Of a DNA stretch of 64,000 bases, positions 1 to 12,600 are shown piece after piece. The stretch spans positions 20,896,001-20,960,000 of the forward strand of contig NC_086109.1 of assembly GCF_963921235.1 (NCBI RefSeq). Direction: 5' to 3'. Each line of letters opens with the position of its first letter. The stretch's first letter is position 1. The position numbers and the translations under genes are program-made. Origin of the DNA: Mobula hypostoma. Taxonomy: Eukaryota. The notes beneath the pieces were generated by a model. The model saw only the letters and a list, made by a program, of their open reading frames with translations, searched no databases and was not told the origin of the DNA.

Positions 1-830
1 CCATACCAGGAAGTGAAGCAACCAGTTAGAATGCTGTCTATGGTATGTCTGTAGAGATTTACGAGTGTCTTTGGTGACATACCAAATCTCCTCAAACTCC
101 TAATGAAATACAGCCACTGTTGTGCCTTCTTTGTAACTGCATCGATATGTTGGGCTCAGGATAGATCCTCAGAGATGCTGACACCCAGGAACTTGAAACT
201 GCCTACCCTTTCCATTTCTGAGGGATGGTATGTGTTCCCTCGGCTTCTCCTTCTTGGAGTCGACAACCAATTCCTTGTTCTTGTTGACACTGAGTGCAAA
301 GTTGTTATTGTGCCACCACTCAACCAGCTGATCTGTCCCTCTCCTGTATGCCTCTTTGGCACCATTTGAAATTCTGCCAACAATAGTTGTGTTGTTGGCA
401 AATTTGTTGATGCCATTTCAGCTGTGCCTAGCCACACGGTCGTGGGTTTAGACAGAGTGGAGCAGCGGGCAAAGCACACATCCTTGAAGTGCGCCAATGT
501 TGATCCTCAGCAAGGAAGAGATGTTATTTCCAATCAGCACAGAGAGTGGTCTCACGCTGAGGAAGTTAAGGATCCAGTTGCAGAAGGAGATACAGAGACC
601 CAGGTTTTGGAGCTTGTTGGTTAGAACTGAGGGTATGATTGTGTTGAATGCCGAGCTGGTCAATCAATAAACAGCAGCCTGATGTTGGTATTGCTATTGT
701 CCAACTGATCCAAGGCCAAGTGGAGAGCGTCCGTTGTACACTTATTGTGGCTTTTGGCAGATTGCAGTGGGTCCAGGTCCTTATTTAGGCAGGAGTTGAT
801 TCTAGCCATGACCAACCTCACAAAGCACTA
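1..830 (-). mobile_element. Rex1/Babar-like LINE RT fragment (degraded)
   Basis: minus ORFs [38 protein letters not shown] and ERVGSFKFLGVSISEDLS. Confidence 0.8.
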
Positions 831-1816
831 AAACACTTCATTGCAATTGATGTGAGTGCATGGTAGGTTAATTGGTCAAATGAATATGATTAGATGAGCT
901 GGAAGGACCTGTTACTGGATGTATCTCTAAACAGATAGATAGAAGTTTATGCCATCAAACATTGCACTGTTTCCTCACTAGTAGAAGTGAGATAAGTGGA
1001 GGGATTCTGCAATCCTTCAATCATAATGAAATCTTGCTCTTATAACCAATGAGGGACTGCTGGCCTGGTCAGGGTAGCAAATCACAACTAAGCCCTTTGC
1101 CACAAACTCATATACGGAAACATGTGCAGATACTGGAAACTCAAAAGCAAAACGCACAAAATGTTGGAGGAAATCAGCAGGTCAACCAGTGTCTATGGAA
1201 AAGAGTAAACAGTTGACATCTCGGGCCGTGACTTCTCATCAGGACTGGAAAGGAAGGGGAGAAGTCAGAATAAGAAGGTGGAGGATTGGAGAAAGAAATA
1301 CGAGGTTGGCAGAGGTCAGAGGGGATTTCACCAAACTCCTGTAAAAGGGAAGATTTAAACTTCAGCGTAGGCATCCCTCGAGGAGACTTCAGAGTTGTAG
1401 TATGACAAACACAAGAAAATCTGCAGATGCTGGAAATCCAAAGCAACACAGAACGAATTGGAGGAACTTGGCCTGCTGAGTTCCTCCAGCATTTTGTGTG
1501 TGTTTCTTTGGATTTCCGGTATCCACAGATTTTCTCGTGTTTGTGATACCTAGACCTCTGTGTAGGGCAGCGTTAAGACAACAGATATCTAATTGCATTT
1601 GAAATGACTGATGGCGTGTCAGGCTGAGCAGGCTCCAGATCCTGATGCTTTTCGGCAAGATCTTTCACAATATCCAAAAGACGATTGCCGTCTACAAGTA
1701 ACGTGTAGTCACTGCTGCGAGCACAAACATAACAGCCAGTTGTTGCATAGGAACCTTGGGCAAAAAGGCAGTATAACAATCACCAGAGTCTATTTTATAC
1801 TGATGCTGACTATTTA

Positions 1817-2800
1817 CAGTACTGTGTAAAAGTCTTAGGCAAGTATACTGTATATAGCTAGGATTTTTGCACAGTACTGCGTTGTCAACATGGAGCGGAA
1901 AGCGAGTTTGTAAATCTGGTATGGTCAAAGGATGGCAAGGGTCTGGTACTCCAAAGGCCTATAAAAGATCCTGCCCCTTGGAAGCTGGTCTTGCTATATT
2001 TGGCTGCTCGCAATCTACTATTTGTTTCCCTGCAGCCATACAACAGTCTCTTATGCTGGGGATGATCGTTGCCAAAAGACTTATCTTGATGGAAATCACC
2101 TTCTCCCCCTTCCTTTCGGAGATGGATGGCTGACATGATCTCAGTCATACAGATGGAGAAACTTAGGTTCCTGAGAACCAATTCAATTAAAAAATTTTCG
2201 GCTATCTGGGACCCATTTCTTGCCTACCTGGACGAGGCCAGGGGTGGATGGGCAATTTCCCCCCAGCTGATTTCTCACGGCCCTCATTTGAGATTTAATG
2301 TTTAGTATTTTTGAGCACTTTGTACAATAAGCATCCCTCTAATGTTACGTCATTTTTTTTTTGCTTATTTCTTTTTTATACATGTCTGAGCTGGTATGTT
2401 TTTGTTGATCTCATTGTTTTTTTTGAAAATAAAGTATTTTTAAAAAAAAGGATGGCAAGGATGGAGTGGTGTGGGACAGGTGGCAGAGGAGGAGTGCTGG
2501 GGTGGGGGGGGGGCGATGGTACTGGCTTGGTTGCAGACACACCTAGCCCTGAGACGCCAGGCAAAATCATTTGATTCAATTCAATTGGTTTATTGATTAT
2601 TACAGAATGTCTCTCTGGTGCTTCCCGCTCCCTCTCCTCTCTCTCTTCCCTTTTTCCCAAACATGATTCTCCTCTCTCTTCTCACACTCTGTGTACAAAA
2701 GAGACCCATATCAGAATTAGGTTTATCATCACTCACATGTATCAGAATTTTTTTTGGCACTAGTAGAGTGCCGTTTATAAAATTACAGCACCCTAACACT
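1817..2800. mobile_element. non-autonomous element starting with a Tc1-type TIR-TIR hairpin; hosts an L1 insertion
   Basis: TA + CAGTACTGTGTAAAAGTCTTAG...CTAGGATTTTTGCACAGTACTG at 1817-1879; right end degenerate and boundary approximate. Confidence 0.5.
1941..2446 (+). mobile_element. 5'-truncated L1-clade LINE 3' end with poly(A)
   Basis: frameshifted ORF2 C-terminus (AKRLILME..RRWMADMISVIQMEKLRF..KKFSAIWDPFLAYLDE), T-rich 3' UTR, AATAAA and A-tail; 14-bp TSD AAAGGATGGCAAGG at 1927-1940 and 2447-2460. Confidence 0.75.
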
Positions 2801-2891
2801 ATGTTTGTGTATTTAGACAGAGCTCTTTAAAGTAATTCTGAAGAATATCTTCTTTCTCCTCAGAGATAATAAGCTTTTGGTTTAATGGCAT

Positions 2892-3276
2892 TGTTGTTGC
2901 GTGAATGAAATCACCAGAGAGAGTTACTGGTAGATACAAAGCATTCGACAAAACCAGGTACAGCAGGCATCATATGGAGACGCTTTCAGTGGAAAGGTCT
3001 GCTGGCCCAACGTGGGGCTCGATATTTATTTGCTAAACACAAAGGACAATTTCATATTTAGAATCATAGACAATGTTTTCTTTTGAAGCTACATGCAAAC
3101 TTCACACCTTCTGGTTCACATCCGTCCCATAGATGCCACCATCGACTGGGATTCACAGCTTTTAGGAAATGCATTGTTCCAAATTAAATCCACAATACAT
3201 TGTCAAGGAACAGAAGACTGGTAGCCAAAGCCATTTGCTAAATATAAATGACCTAAACCCAAAAATCACTCTAACA
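2892..3276. mobile_element. solo LTR (385 bp)
   Basis: TGTT...AACA termini with 4-bp TSD GCAT (2888-2891 and 3277-3280); interrupts a Deu-SINE-like remnant whose flanks rejoin. Confidence 0.65.
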
Positions 3277-3280
3277 GCAT

Positions 3281-3390
3281 GATTTAAAGATGGCAGGCCC
3301 AACAGTGCCACACTCCCTGGTACTTCAGTAAGTGTTAGCCTAGGTGTTCATACTGAAGTTAAACTTGTGTCCTTCTGACTGAGGAGGGAA
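3281..3390 (-). mobile_element. ancient Deu-SINE (SacSINE1-like) remnant
   Basis: reverse strand resembles the recalled tRNA head + Deu domain (tcagtcagaagg...gtaccagggagtgtggcactgttggg..gccatcttt); similar remnants near 22130-22200 and 50850-51450. Confidence 0.45.
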
Positions 3391-3456
3391 TCCTTAGACT
3401 TAAGGTGACATTTATGACAATATAGCATTTTTGTTCTTTGCATCCCACTTTGACAG

Positions 3457-3608
3457 GTCCCTGGTGTTGCTGAAAATAGACCCTCAGTGCTCAGAGGAGA
3501 TCATCTACTGGTGTCAAAGAGTGACAGTCGAGAGCAACCAATCACTCGCTACAAGGGCTATGTACATCATGTAGAACTGGACCAAGTTAAGTTGGGATTT
3601 TCCCAGAA
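3457..3608 (+). CDS. MOV10: MOV10 exon (window exon 1): [50 protein letters not shown](K)
   Basis: acceptor tttgacag|, donor |gtaagt; 152 nt, phase 0 to 2. Confidence 0.93.
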
Positions 3609-6600
3609 GTAAGTTTTGAAAAATTCTATGGTTGCACATTTCAAACTTACTCAAAGCTTGTTCCTTTTGGGAAAAGTTACTGGCCCACACGGGGTAGGTG
3701 TTTTAGTGGGTTTCTTTACTTGAAAAGCATTGATTCATTTGGTGTATTGGATATTATTCTCTCATTACTTGCCATACATGTCATAATGGAGGACAATGCA
3801 AAACATAAAAAAAGAAAATTTATCAATTGTATGCGTAAATGATAGATATTCTACTAGGACGAATGGGATCAGAAGCTTCTAGTTGGGTTGTGATCATGGA
3901 GAAATCTAAGTGTGGATAATTAAGATCTAAAGGACATAATGTACATGCAGAGGCCACTTCATCAGATACACCTGTCCACCTGCTCGTTAACACAAATATC
4001 TAATCAGCCAATCATGTGGCAGCAACTCAATGTGTAAAAGCATGCAGGCATGGTCAAGAGGTTCAGTTGTTGTTCAGACCAAACATCAGAATGGGGAAGA
4101 ATTGTGATCTAAGTGACGTTGACTGTGGAATGATTGTTGGTGCCAGACAGGATGATGTGAATATCTCAGAAACTGCTGATCTTCTGGGATTTTCACACAT
4201 AACAGTCTCTAGAGATTACAGAGAATGGTGTGAGAAACAAAAAAAAAACGTAGTGAGCAGCAGTTCTGTGTGTGAAAGCAACTTGTTAGTGAGAGAGGTC
4301 AGTGGAGAATGGCCACGCTGATTCAAAGTGACAGGAAGATGTGAGAAGAGACTCTGGATGCACAACATGTCAAACCTTGGAAGTGGATGGGTCACAGCAG
4401 CAGAAGACCACAAACAAACACTCAGGAGCCACTTTGTTAGGTACAATAGGTGGCCACTGAGTGTGGGCCATGGGATTAAATGGGCCTGATCTTGGTTAGA
4501 CAACAGTTGGAGAACTGTGAACAGTTGTCTCATATTTTTGAAATATACAAAATAGATAAAAGGAACGATAAAAGGAACGGTTAGAGATTGAGGATTTTCT
4601 GCTTTAAATGGACTGGTTGATCTGATGGCTATCATAAAATTAAAACAGGAAATACAGAGGGTGGTATCAAGGAATTAAAAAAAAATTAAGATATATCCAC
4701 AGTAAGGCAAATTGAAACATAAGGGGCCAACCTAAAACAGTAGGTACAGTGGCATGCAAAAGTTTGGGCACCTGGTCAAAATTTCTGTTACTGTGAATAG
4801 CAAAGCGAGTAAAAGATGAACTGATTTCCAAAAGGCATAAGGTTAAAGATGACACATTTCTTTAATATTTTAAGCAAGAAAACTTTTATTTCCATCTTTT
4901 ACAGTTTCAAAATAACATAAAAGGAAAAGGGCCCGAAGCAAAGGTTTGGGCACCCTGCATGGCAGTACTTAGTAACACCCCCTTTGGTAAGTATCACAGC
5001 TTGTAAGCGCTTTCTGTAGCCAGCTAAGAGTGTTTCAATGCTTGTTTGGGGGATCTTCGCTCATTCTTCCTTGCAAAAGGCTTCTAGTTCTGTGAGATTC
5101 TTGGGACGTCTTGCATGCACTGCTCTTTTGAGGTCTATCCACAGATTCTCGATGGTGTTTAGGTCGGGACTGTGAGGGCCATGGCAAAACCTTCAGCTTG
5201 TGCCTCTTGAGGTAGTCCATTGTGGATATTGAGGTGTGTTTAGGTTCATTATCCTGTTGTAGAAGCTATCCTCTTTTCATCTTCGGCTTTTTTACAGATG
5301 GTGTGATGTTTGCTTCCAGAATTTGCTGTATTTAGTTGAATTCATTCTTCCCTCTACTAGTGAAATGTTCCCCATGCCACAAGCTGCAACACAAGCCCAA
5401 AACATGATTGATCCACCCCCGTGCTTAACAGTTGGAGAGGTGTTCTTTTCATTAAACTCTACACCCTTTTTTCTCCAAACATACCTTTGCTCATTGCAGC
5501 CAAAAAGTTCTATTTTAACTTCATCAGTCCACAGGACTTGTTTCCAAAATGCATCAGGATTGTTTAGAAGTTCCTTTGAACCTTTTGAATAGAACCTTTT
5601 GGCCGCAGTGGCCCCCACAGTCCCCTGACCTAAATATCATCGAGAATCTGTGGATAGACCTCAAAAGAGCAGTGCGTGCAAGACAGCCCAAGAATCTCAC
5701 AGAACTAGAAGCCTTTTGCAAGGAAGAATGGGTGAAATCCCCCAAACAAGAATTGAAAGACTCTTAGCTGGCTACAAAAAGCATGTACAAGCTGTGATAC
5801 TTGCCAAAGGGGGTGTTACTAAGTACTGCCATGCGGGGTGCCCAAACTTTTACTTCAGGCCCTTTTCCTTTTTTGTTATCTTGAAACTGTAAAAGATGGA
5901 AATAAAAAAAATGTTCTTGCTTAAAATATTAAAGAAATGTGTCATCTTTAACTTTATGCCTTTTGGAGATCAGTTCATCTTTTACTTGCTTAGCTATTCA
6001 CAGTAACAGAAATTTTGACCGGGGTGCCCAAACTTTTGCATGCCACTGTATATAAAGAGCAGTGTACAGTTTTAAATTTAAGAGACACCAGAGGCTGTAT
6101 GGATTAAATTAATAGCTTGTTGGCATAAAACAAGGAACATTGTATTCCATAATAAGACCTTCTGTGGCAGCAGTAGTATCAAACAACACCAGGTCTACAG
6201 ACCCAAGATATCGTGGCTCCAAAGGAGAGTGTAGTCAGAGAGAAGTAGCCTGGGTATTTCCTCTGGTGAATCTGCATCAAAGGAATAGCTAAATTGTGAT
6301 TAGCTTAAACAGAAGAATTTGAGGATGGCTTTCTATGTAATGAAACACCCAGCAGGACAAAGGTATAATCTCTGCTTCACCAGTAATCTGCCCTCACTTG
6401 TGTAGCTAAAATGCACAATTGTAAGAAGCAAGCAGCCCATTAGAATTTTCTCGGAGGTAAAGAACAGAGTCAGGGATAACAGGGCTGGAACCAGGGTGGT
6501 TCTCATCGTAAGAGATAGACAAATAAGATATAGCAGAATCAGGCTACGTGGCCCATTGAGTCTGTTCCACCTTTCCATCATGGCTGATTTATTATCCCTC

Positions 6601-9600
6601 TCAACCCCATTCTCCTGCCTTCTCTCTGTAACCTTTGACACCCTTGCTAATCGAGAACCTGTCAACCTCCGCTTTAAATATACTCAATGACTTGGCCTCC
6701 ACAGCTGTCTGTGGCAATGAATTCCAACTCTAGCTCTAAAGTGCCCTTCAAGCGTCAACATATTTAAGTAATGAGGTCTGGTTGTGAGACAAGGTGGAGC
6801 TGTTTCCAGATGAGCATATCAAGCAGAGCTATTGATGTAAAAAAATGTCCTATCATGCACTTTTCTGCACCTCATGGGCTTAATGTGGATAATGAAATGT
6901 GTACATTGGTAAGCATGGTGTTTCTGATCTCTGAATGTACACAAGAAAGTGTGTAGATTGCTGCTACTAAGGCAAATGGGCGCTTCTCTCTCCTACGATG
7001 CATCAGATTGGTTGAATAAATACATTTCTGTCTGACCTGAGAATGGACATGTTGGAGTGATTCCTTGCTCTACAATACCAGTGTCTGATAGATCCTGTTG
7101 GAATTCCAGGACAAACCTCTTTACGTGAACTTCTGAAAATGTGGAACTTCCAATCGTGCAACTTGGGTGTACACGAGGAAGAAATGAACCAAAGGGTGTG
7201 TTGACTGGGTGTCTGGGAAATTTGAAGTCTTTTTCCATTCTGGTGTCACACCATAAAATTCATATTGCTGTACCCAATATAAAGAATTGTGTGGCGCAGC
7301 ATCCGCTGACTCTTAACAATCTCAGTAGGAAATGAGACTGGCTGAAGTATGCACTCAGTGGCCTCCTCATTATGTTCACCTGCTCATTATCAGAATCAGA
7401 ATCGGGTTTATTATCACTGGCACGTGTCGTGAAATTTGCTAACTTAGCGGCAGCAGTTCAATGCAATATATAATACAGAAGAAAAGAAAAAAAAGTCAAT
7501 TACAGTACATGTATATTGAATAGATTAAAAATGTGCAAAGAAACAGAAATAATGTATATTTTTAAAAAAAAAGTGAGGTAGTGTTCACGGGTTCAATGTC
7601 CATTTAGGAATCGGAAGGCAGAGGGGAAGAAGCTGTTCCTGAATCGCTGAGTGTGTGCCTTCAGGCTTCTGTACCTCCTCCCTGATGGTAGCAGTGAGAA
7701 AGGGGCATGCCCTGGGTGCTGCTGTTCCTTAATAATAGACTCTGCCTTTCTGAGACACTACACTTTGAAGGTGTCCTGGGTACTTTGTAGACTCGTACCC
7801 AAGATGGAGCCGACTAAATTTACAACCCTCTGAAGCTTCTTCCAAGTCCTGTGCAGTAGCCCCCCAATACCAGACAGTGACGCAGCCTCCACGGTACATG
7901 GAGCCTCCAGAATGCTCTCCGTGGTACATTTATAGAAGTTTTTGAGTGTGTTTGTTGACATGCCAAATCTCTTCAAACTCCTAATAAAGTATAGCTGCTG
8001 TCTTTCCTTCTTTATGATTGCATCGATATGTTGGGACCAGGTTAGGTCCTCAGAGATCTTGAAACCCAGGAACTTGAAGCTGCTCACTCTCTCTACTTCT
8101 GATCACTCTATGGGGATTGGTATGTGTTCTTCCATCTTACCCTTCCTGAAGTCCACAGTCAGCTCTTTTGTCTTACTGACGTTGAGTGCTAGGTTGTTGC
8201 TGTGACACCATTCCACTAGTTGGCATATCTCACTCCCGTACGCCCTCTCGTCTCCATCTGAGATTCTACCAACAATGGTTGTATCATCAGCAAATTTATA
8301 GAAGGTATTCGAACTATGCCTAGCCACACAAGTCATGGGTCTAGAGAGAGTAGAACAGTGGGCTGAGCACACACCCCTGAGGTGCACCAGTGTTGATTGT
8401 CAGCGAGGTGAAGATATTATCACCAACCCGCACAGATTGTGGTCTTCTGGTTAGGAAGTCGAGGATCCAATTGCAGAGGCAGCTACAGAGCCCAGGCTCT
8501 GTAACTTCTCAGTCAGGATTGTGGGAATGATGGTGTTGAATGCTGAGCTATAGTTGATGAACAGCTTCCTGACATAGGTGCAAATATCTAATCAGCTGAT
8601 CATGTGGCAGCATCTCAAAGCATAAAAGCGTGTAGACATGGTCAAGAGGTTCAGTTGTCATTCTGACCAAGCATAAGAATGGGGACGAAATATAATCTAA
8701 GTGACTTTGACTCTGGAATGACTGTTGGTGCCAGACAGGGTGATTTGAGTATCTCAGAAACTGATCTCCTGGGATTTTCAAGCACAACAGTCTCTAGAGT
8801 TTACAGAGAATGGTGTGAAAAACAAAGAAACATCCAGTGAGTAGCAGTTCTGTGGATGAATGCACCCTGTTACTAAGAGAGGTCAGAGGAGAATGGTCAG
8901 ACTGGTTCAAGCTGACAGTAGGGCAACAGTAACTCAAGTAACCACACATTATAACAGTGGTGTGTAGAAGAGCATCTCTGAACAGACAACATGTTGAACC
9001 TTGAAGTGGATGGGCTACAGCAAAATGAGAATGGAGCTAGCAGACTCGTTGTGTAAAATCCCATGCTACAGAAATGCCCACAGAAGCCCCAGAGATCTCA
9101 TCCCTGGGGGAGAAAGGCTCTTTGAAGGTGGGCTACGCCAGGGAACAACTTGAAAGACTGGCCCAGAACAGAGGACTCCAGCAAGCTGCTGTTGGCGGCC
9201 TATGCCCCAGTAAGGCTGATGGGCTTCAGAAGAAGAAGCTAAAGTAGCAGAAGAGCGCGTGCATACACTCAGTGGCCACCATTAGGTACAGGGTATACCT
9301 AATTAAGTGGCCACCGAGTATATGTTGTTACTGACTGAAGTTCAATTTGTTCTTTACCTGTATCATCTAAGTCAGCTAAGGGTGAGATATGGGGCCAAAA
9401 CAATTGCTTCATTAAAAGTTGCATTTAGTAATTAATACATCTGATGATCACTTGGTGTTTCTTGTTGGGGGAGGGTGCTGTTGGTGAAATAGAATCTAGC
9501 ACAGGGGTTCTCAATGTCTTTTATGCCATGGACTAATATCCCTGATCTACAGATTTGTATTAACTTGTGCTTTCAATTTTTCCAGGCTTTTGGATGATTT

Positions 9601-12600
9601 TATAAACAAAATGAAGTTCAATGTAATGTTTACATTTAACCGATTCCCAATACGAATGCAACACCGGGCAGTGTATTTAGCCAAGTCCAATGGTCTAAAG
9701 AATGTGCTCTTTCCAACTTCCTCTAATAATAATTGCATCCATCCTCTGGAACAAAGGTTGAGGTGAGTAAAACCAGATGGAACCATGGGGGCTTGATATA
9801 GGCAGACCTGGGTGCAGAGCATCAAAAGGTTAATGGGGTATTATCACCTTAGCAGTCTTCTGGTCTGTACAATCCTTTAATGCAGTAGTACAACCCAAAA
9901 GGGGCTTTATGAGTGTTTTTACATAAATCATAAAACACTACAGCATTACAATCCTCTGGGCCATGATATTGTGCCAGCCTTATAATCTACTCTTAAGATC
10001 AAACTAACTCTCTCCTTCTACAAATCTCTTACTATCACTTCTTTCAGTTAGTCCTGACGAAGGGTCTCGGCCTGAAACGTCGACGGTGCTTCTTCCTATG
10101 GATGCTGTCTGGCCTGCTGCGTTCCACCTGCGTTTTGTGTGTGTTGCTTGAGTCGTAGAATTCTTGATAGTGAGTCCATTGGTTGTGGGATCAGTTCAGT
10201 GCTGGGTTGAATGAAGTTATCCCACTCAGATTCAAGAACCTGATAGTTGAAGTTATATCCCCACGTATTAGCCATTTCAGCTCTGGGGAAAAAGTCTCTC
10301 GCCGTATGCTCAATCTATGCCTCTTATTATCTTTTACACCTCTATCAGGTCAACTCTCATCCTCCCAAACTCGCTCAGTATCCTCATTAACCTAATTAAC
10401 GTTTGACATTAAATTGCAGAAGGATTTATTGGGACTGTTGTCCAAAGGCTCAGCTGTTTCTGTTCATTCTCCTTGAACTGTTGCAGTACCAGTGAGGAGG
10501 TCCTATGTGATTGTCAGGGAGGTTGCTCAAGGAATTTCCAAGTCAGGTTGGTGTTTACCAAAGGAGAATGTGTAGATGATGTTGCTTCTAATTGCTTGAA
10601 GCCTCTGTCTTTAGTGGCAGAGGTTGTGAATTTTGGAGATGTTCCTGCAGTACTCTATACAAGCAGTGTAGGTACATCACGCGGGAGGGAATGAATATTC
10701 ATGATAATGGATGGGGACCAATCGCGCAGGGAGATCCTGAGTTGTGTTCTGTGGACTGTGGAAAGGTTCACACTACAAGACTCCTGACCTTTACTTGAAC
10801 GTGCAGTATTTGTGGCTGTTCTGAGTGTCTGGTTACTGATGGCTCTTGGGATAATAGTCGAAGGATGTGGTGGTGATATTGAGTGTCAAGGACAGGTGGT
10901 CAGATTCTCCCCTGTTGGAGAAGGTCACTGCTTGTCACTCTTGACACACAAATAATACTCTCTGTTGATTAAGCCCCGAACCTAACGTTATCTAGGTCTT
11001 GCTATGTGTGGGCAAGAGCTGTTTCATTTGCTGATGAGTTGTGGATAGATTCAAACATTGTGCAGACTTCACCAATCACCCACCGTGTGGATTGTGTTAA
11101 TTGACTTCCAAGAACCACGGCCATCTTTGCTGTGAGTTATTTATTTATTAATTAAGCAATGCAGTGCAAGCAGACCCTTTGGCCCGTTGAGCCATGCCGT
11201 CCTAGCAACCTCGGACAAACCAGGTTAACCCTAACCTAATCACGGGACAATTTACAATGACCAATTAACCTACCTAGTATGTCTTTTCACTGTGAGAGGA
11301 AACCAGAGGACCCAGTGAAAATGCATGTATTTCATGGGGAGGACGTACAGAACAGCACCGGAATTGAACTCTAAACTCTGGAATGCTCCGAGCTGTAGTA
11401 ATGTTGTGCTAACCACTATGCTACTGTGGAGTCCAATGATCCAGTCGTGGTAGGTCTTTGTTCCTGATACTCTTCTCTTCATTTGCCAAGTACTGCCTTG
11501 GTCAAGAGCAGTCACTCTCACCTTGCCTCTGGAAGTCATCTTTTTGATCCATTTTTGAGCCAGAGCTCTAGAAGAGCTCATCAAGTCAACCAGCAAAATG
11601 TGTAAATTGACATTTCAGATTGAGACTCCATATCCGGAATTTGCTTATTTTTTGGATACATCATGGGCAATTAACTTAAGTGACATTTTCAACTGAATGG
11701 GAAAAGATGCCCATTTTGAGATAGTGCTGTATCCAAGTACTGGTAAGAAGCCTCTTCAGATCCACATTGTCATAGTCAATCCAAAGGTTTTCCTATCTTT
11801 CTCAAGAAATCTCTGTTCTCTGGCGTGTACCTCCAATTTCTTCAACTTACATTGGCTTCAGCTGTGGGTACCTCCCCAAACACCTATGCCTCACCTCTTC
11901 CTCTATGGTAAACTTCAAATCTTTTGACCGAGCTTCTAGCCACCTGCCCTTCTGCTTTCTTTGGCTTCTCAATAGTTGTGTCTGTAGGTCAAGTTTATTC
12001 AAGACTTGAGTTTATTTATCATTTACAGTGAGATGGTTTGTTTGCCTTAAACAATCAACATAGCTGAGGGTGTGCTGGGGGCAGCCCACAAGTGTCACCA
12101 CTTCACGTTCTGATATTTTACTATGCTAAATTTGTTAGTAAATCCAATTTAACAATTCAAGCGAGAGATATAATCTCACTGGAAAGGCCAAGCAGGATGG
12201 GCGTTCAATCCTTGGAAAAAAGTGAAAGGTCTAAAAAATTGAAGGCCTGATGGTGGGGAATTCTAATCATTAAACTTGATTGTAGAACCTGGTCGGCAAC
12301 CATTTGCATCTCTTCATATTTTATAACTTTGTTTTTTAAAGCTTTTATGATCGGTGCCTTGAGGACAATCCTGAACAAGCCAGAGCTGTCAGATGCATCG
12401 TTGCTGGCATCTCCAGACCTGCTCCATACTTGATATTTGGTCCACCAGGAACTGGAAAAACTGTCACTATTGTGGAAGCTATAAAACAGGTACCATTTGC
12501 TATTGTGCATGAGTCTGGATAGATTTTGATCACATTAATTTCCTGCTCTTGAATGCTACTGATTCTGAATCTCAGTGTCTATGGCAGAATAATAGGCTGC

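Larger units (their letters stand above)
7352..9320 (+). mobile_element. internally deleted Tc1/mariner element, copy 2, with two nested insertions
   Basis: colinear with 3944-4463 once 7391-8578 and 9023-9237 are removed; TIR CACTCAGTGG at 7352, GTGGCCACCGAGTA at 9307-9320. Confidence 0.75.

Noticed and set aside
1573..1829. Short ORFs as a possible upstream MOV10 exon
   Set aside because: No resemblance to the expected preceding MOV10 sequence and no convincing splice pair.
10400..11070. Probable ancient LINE fragments (also about 41790-42330 and 45180-45400)
   Set aside because: Too degraded to assign a family or boundaries by eye.
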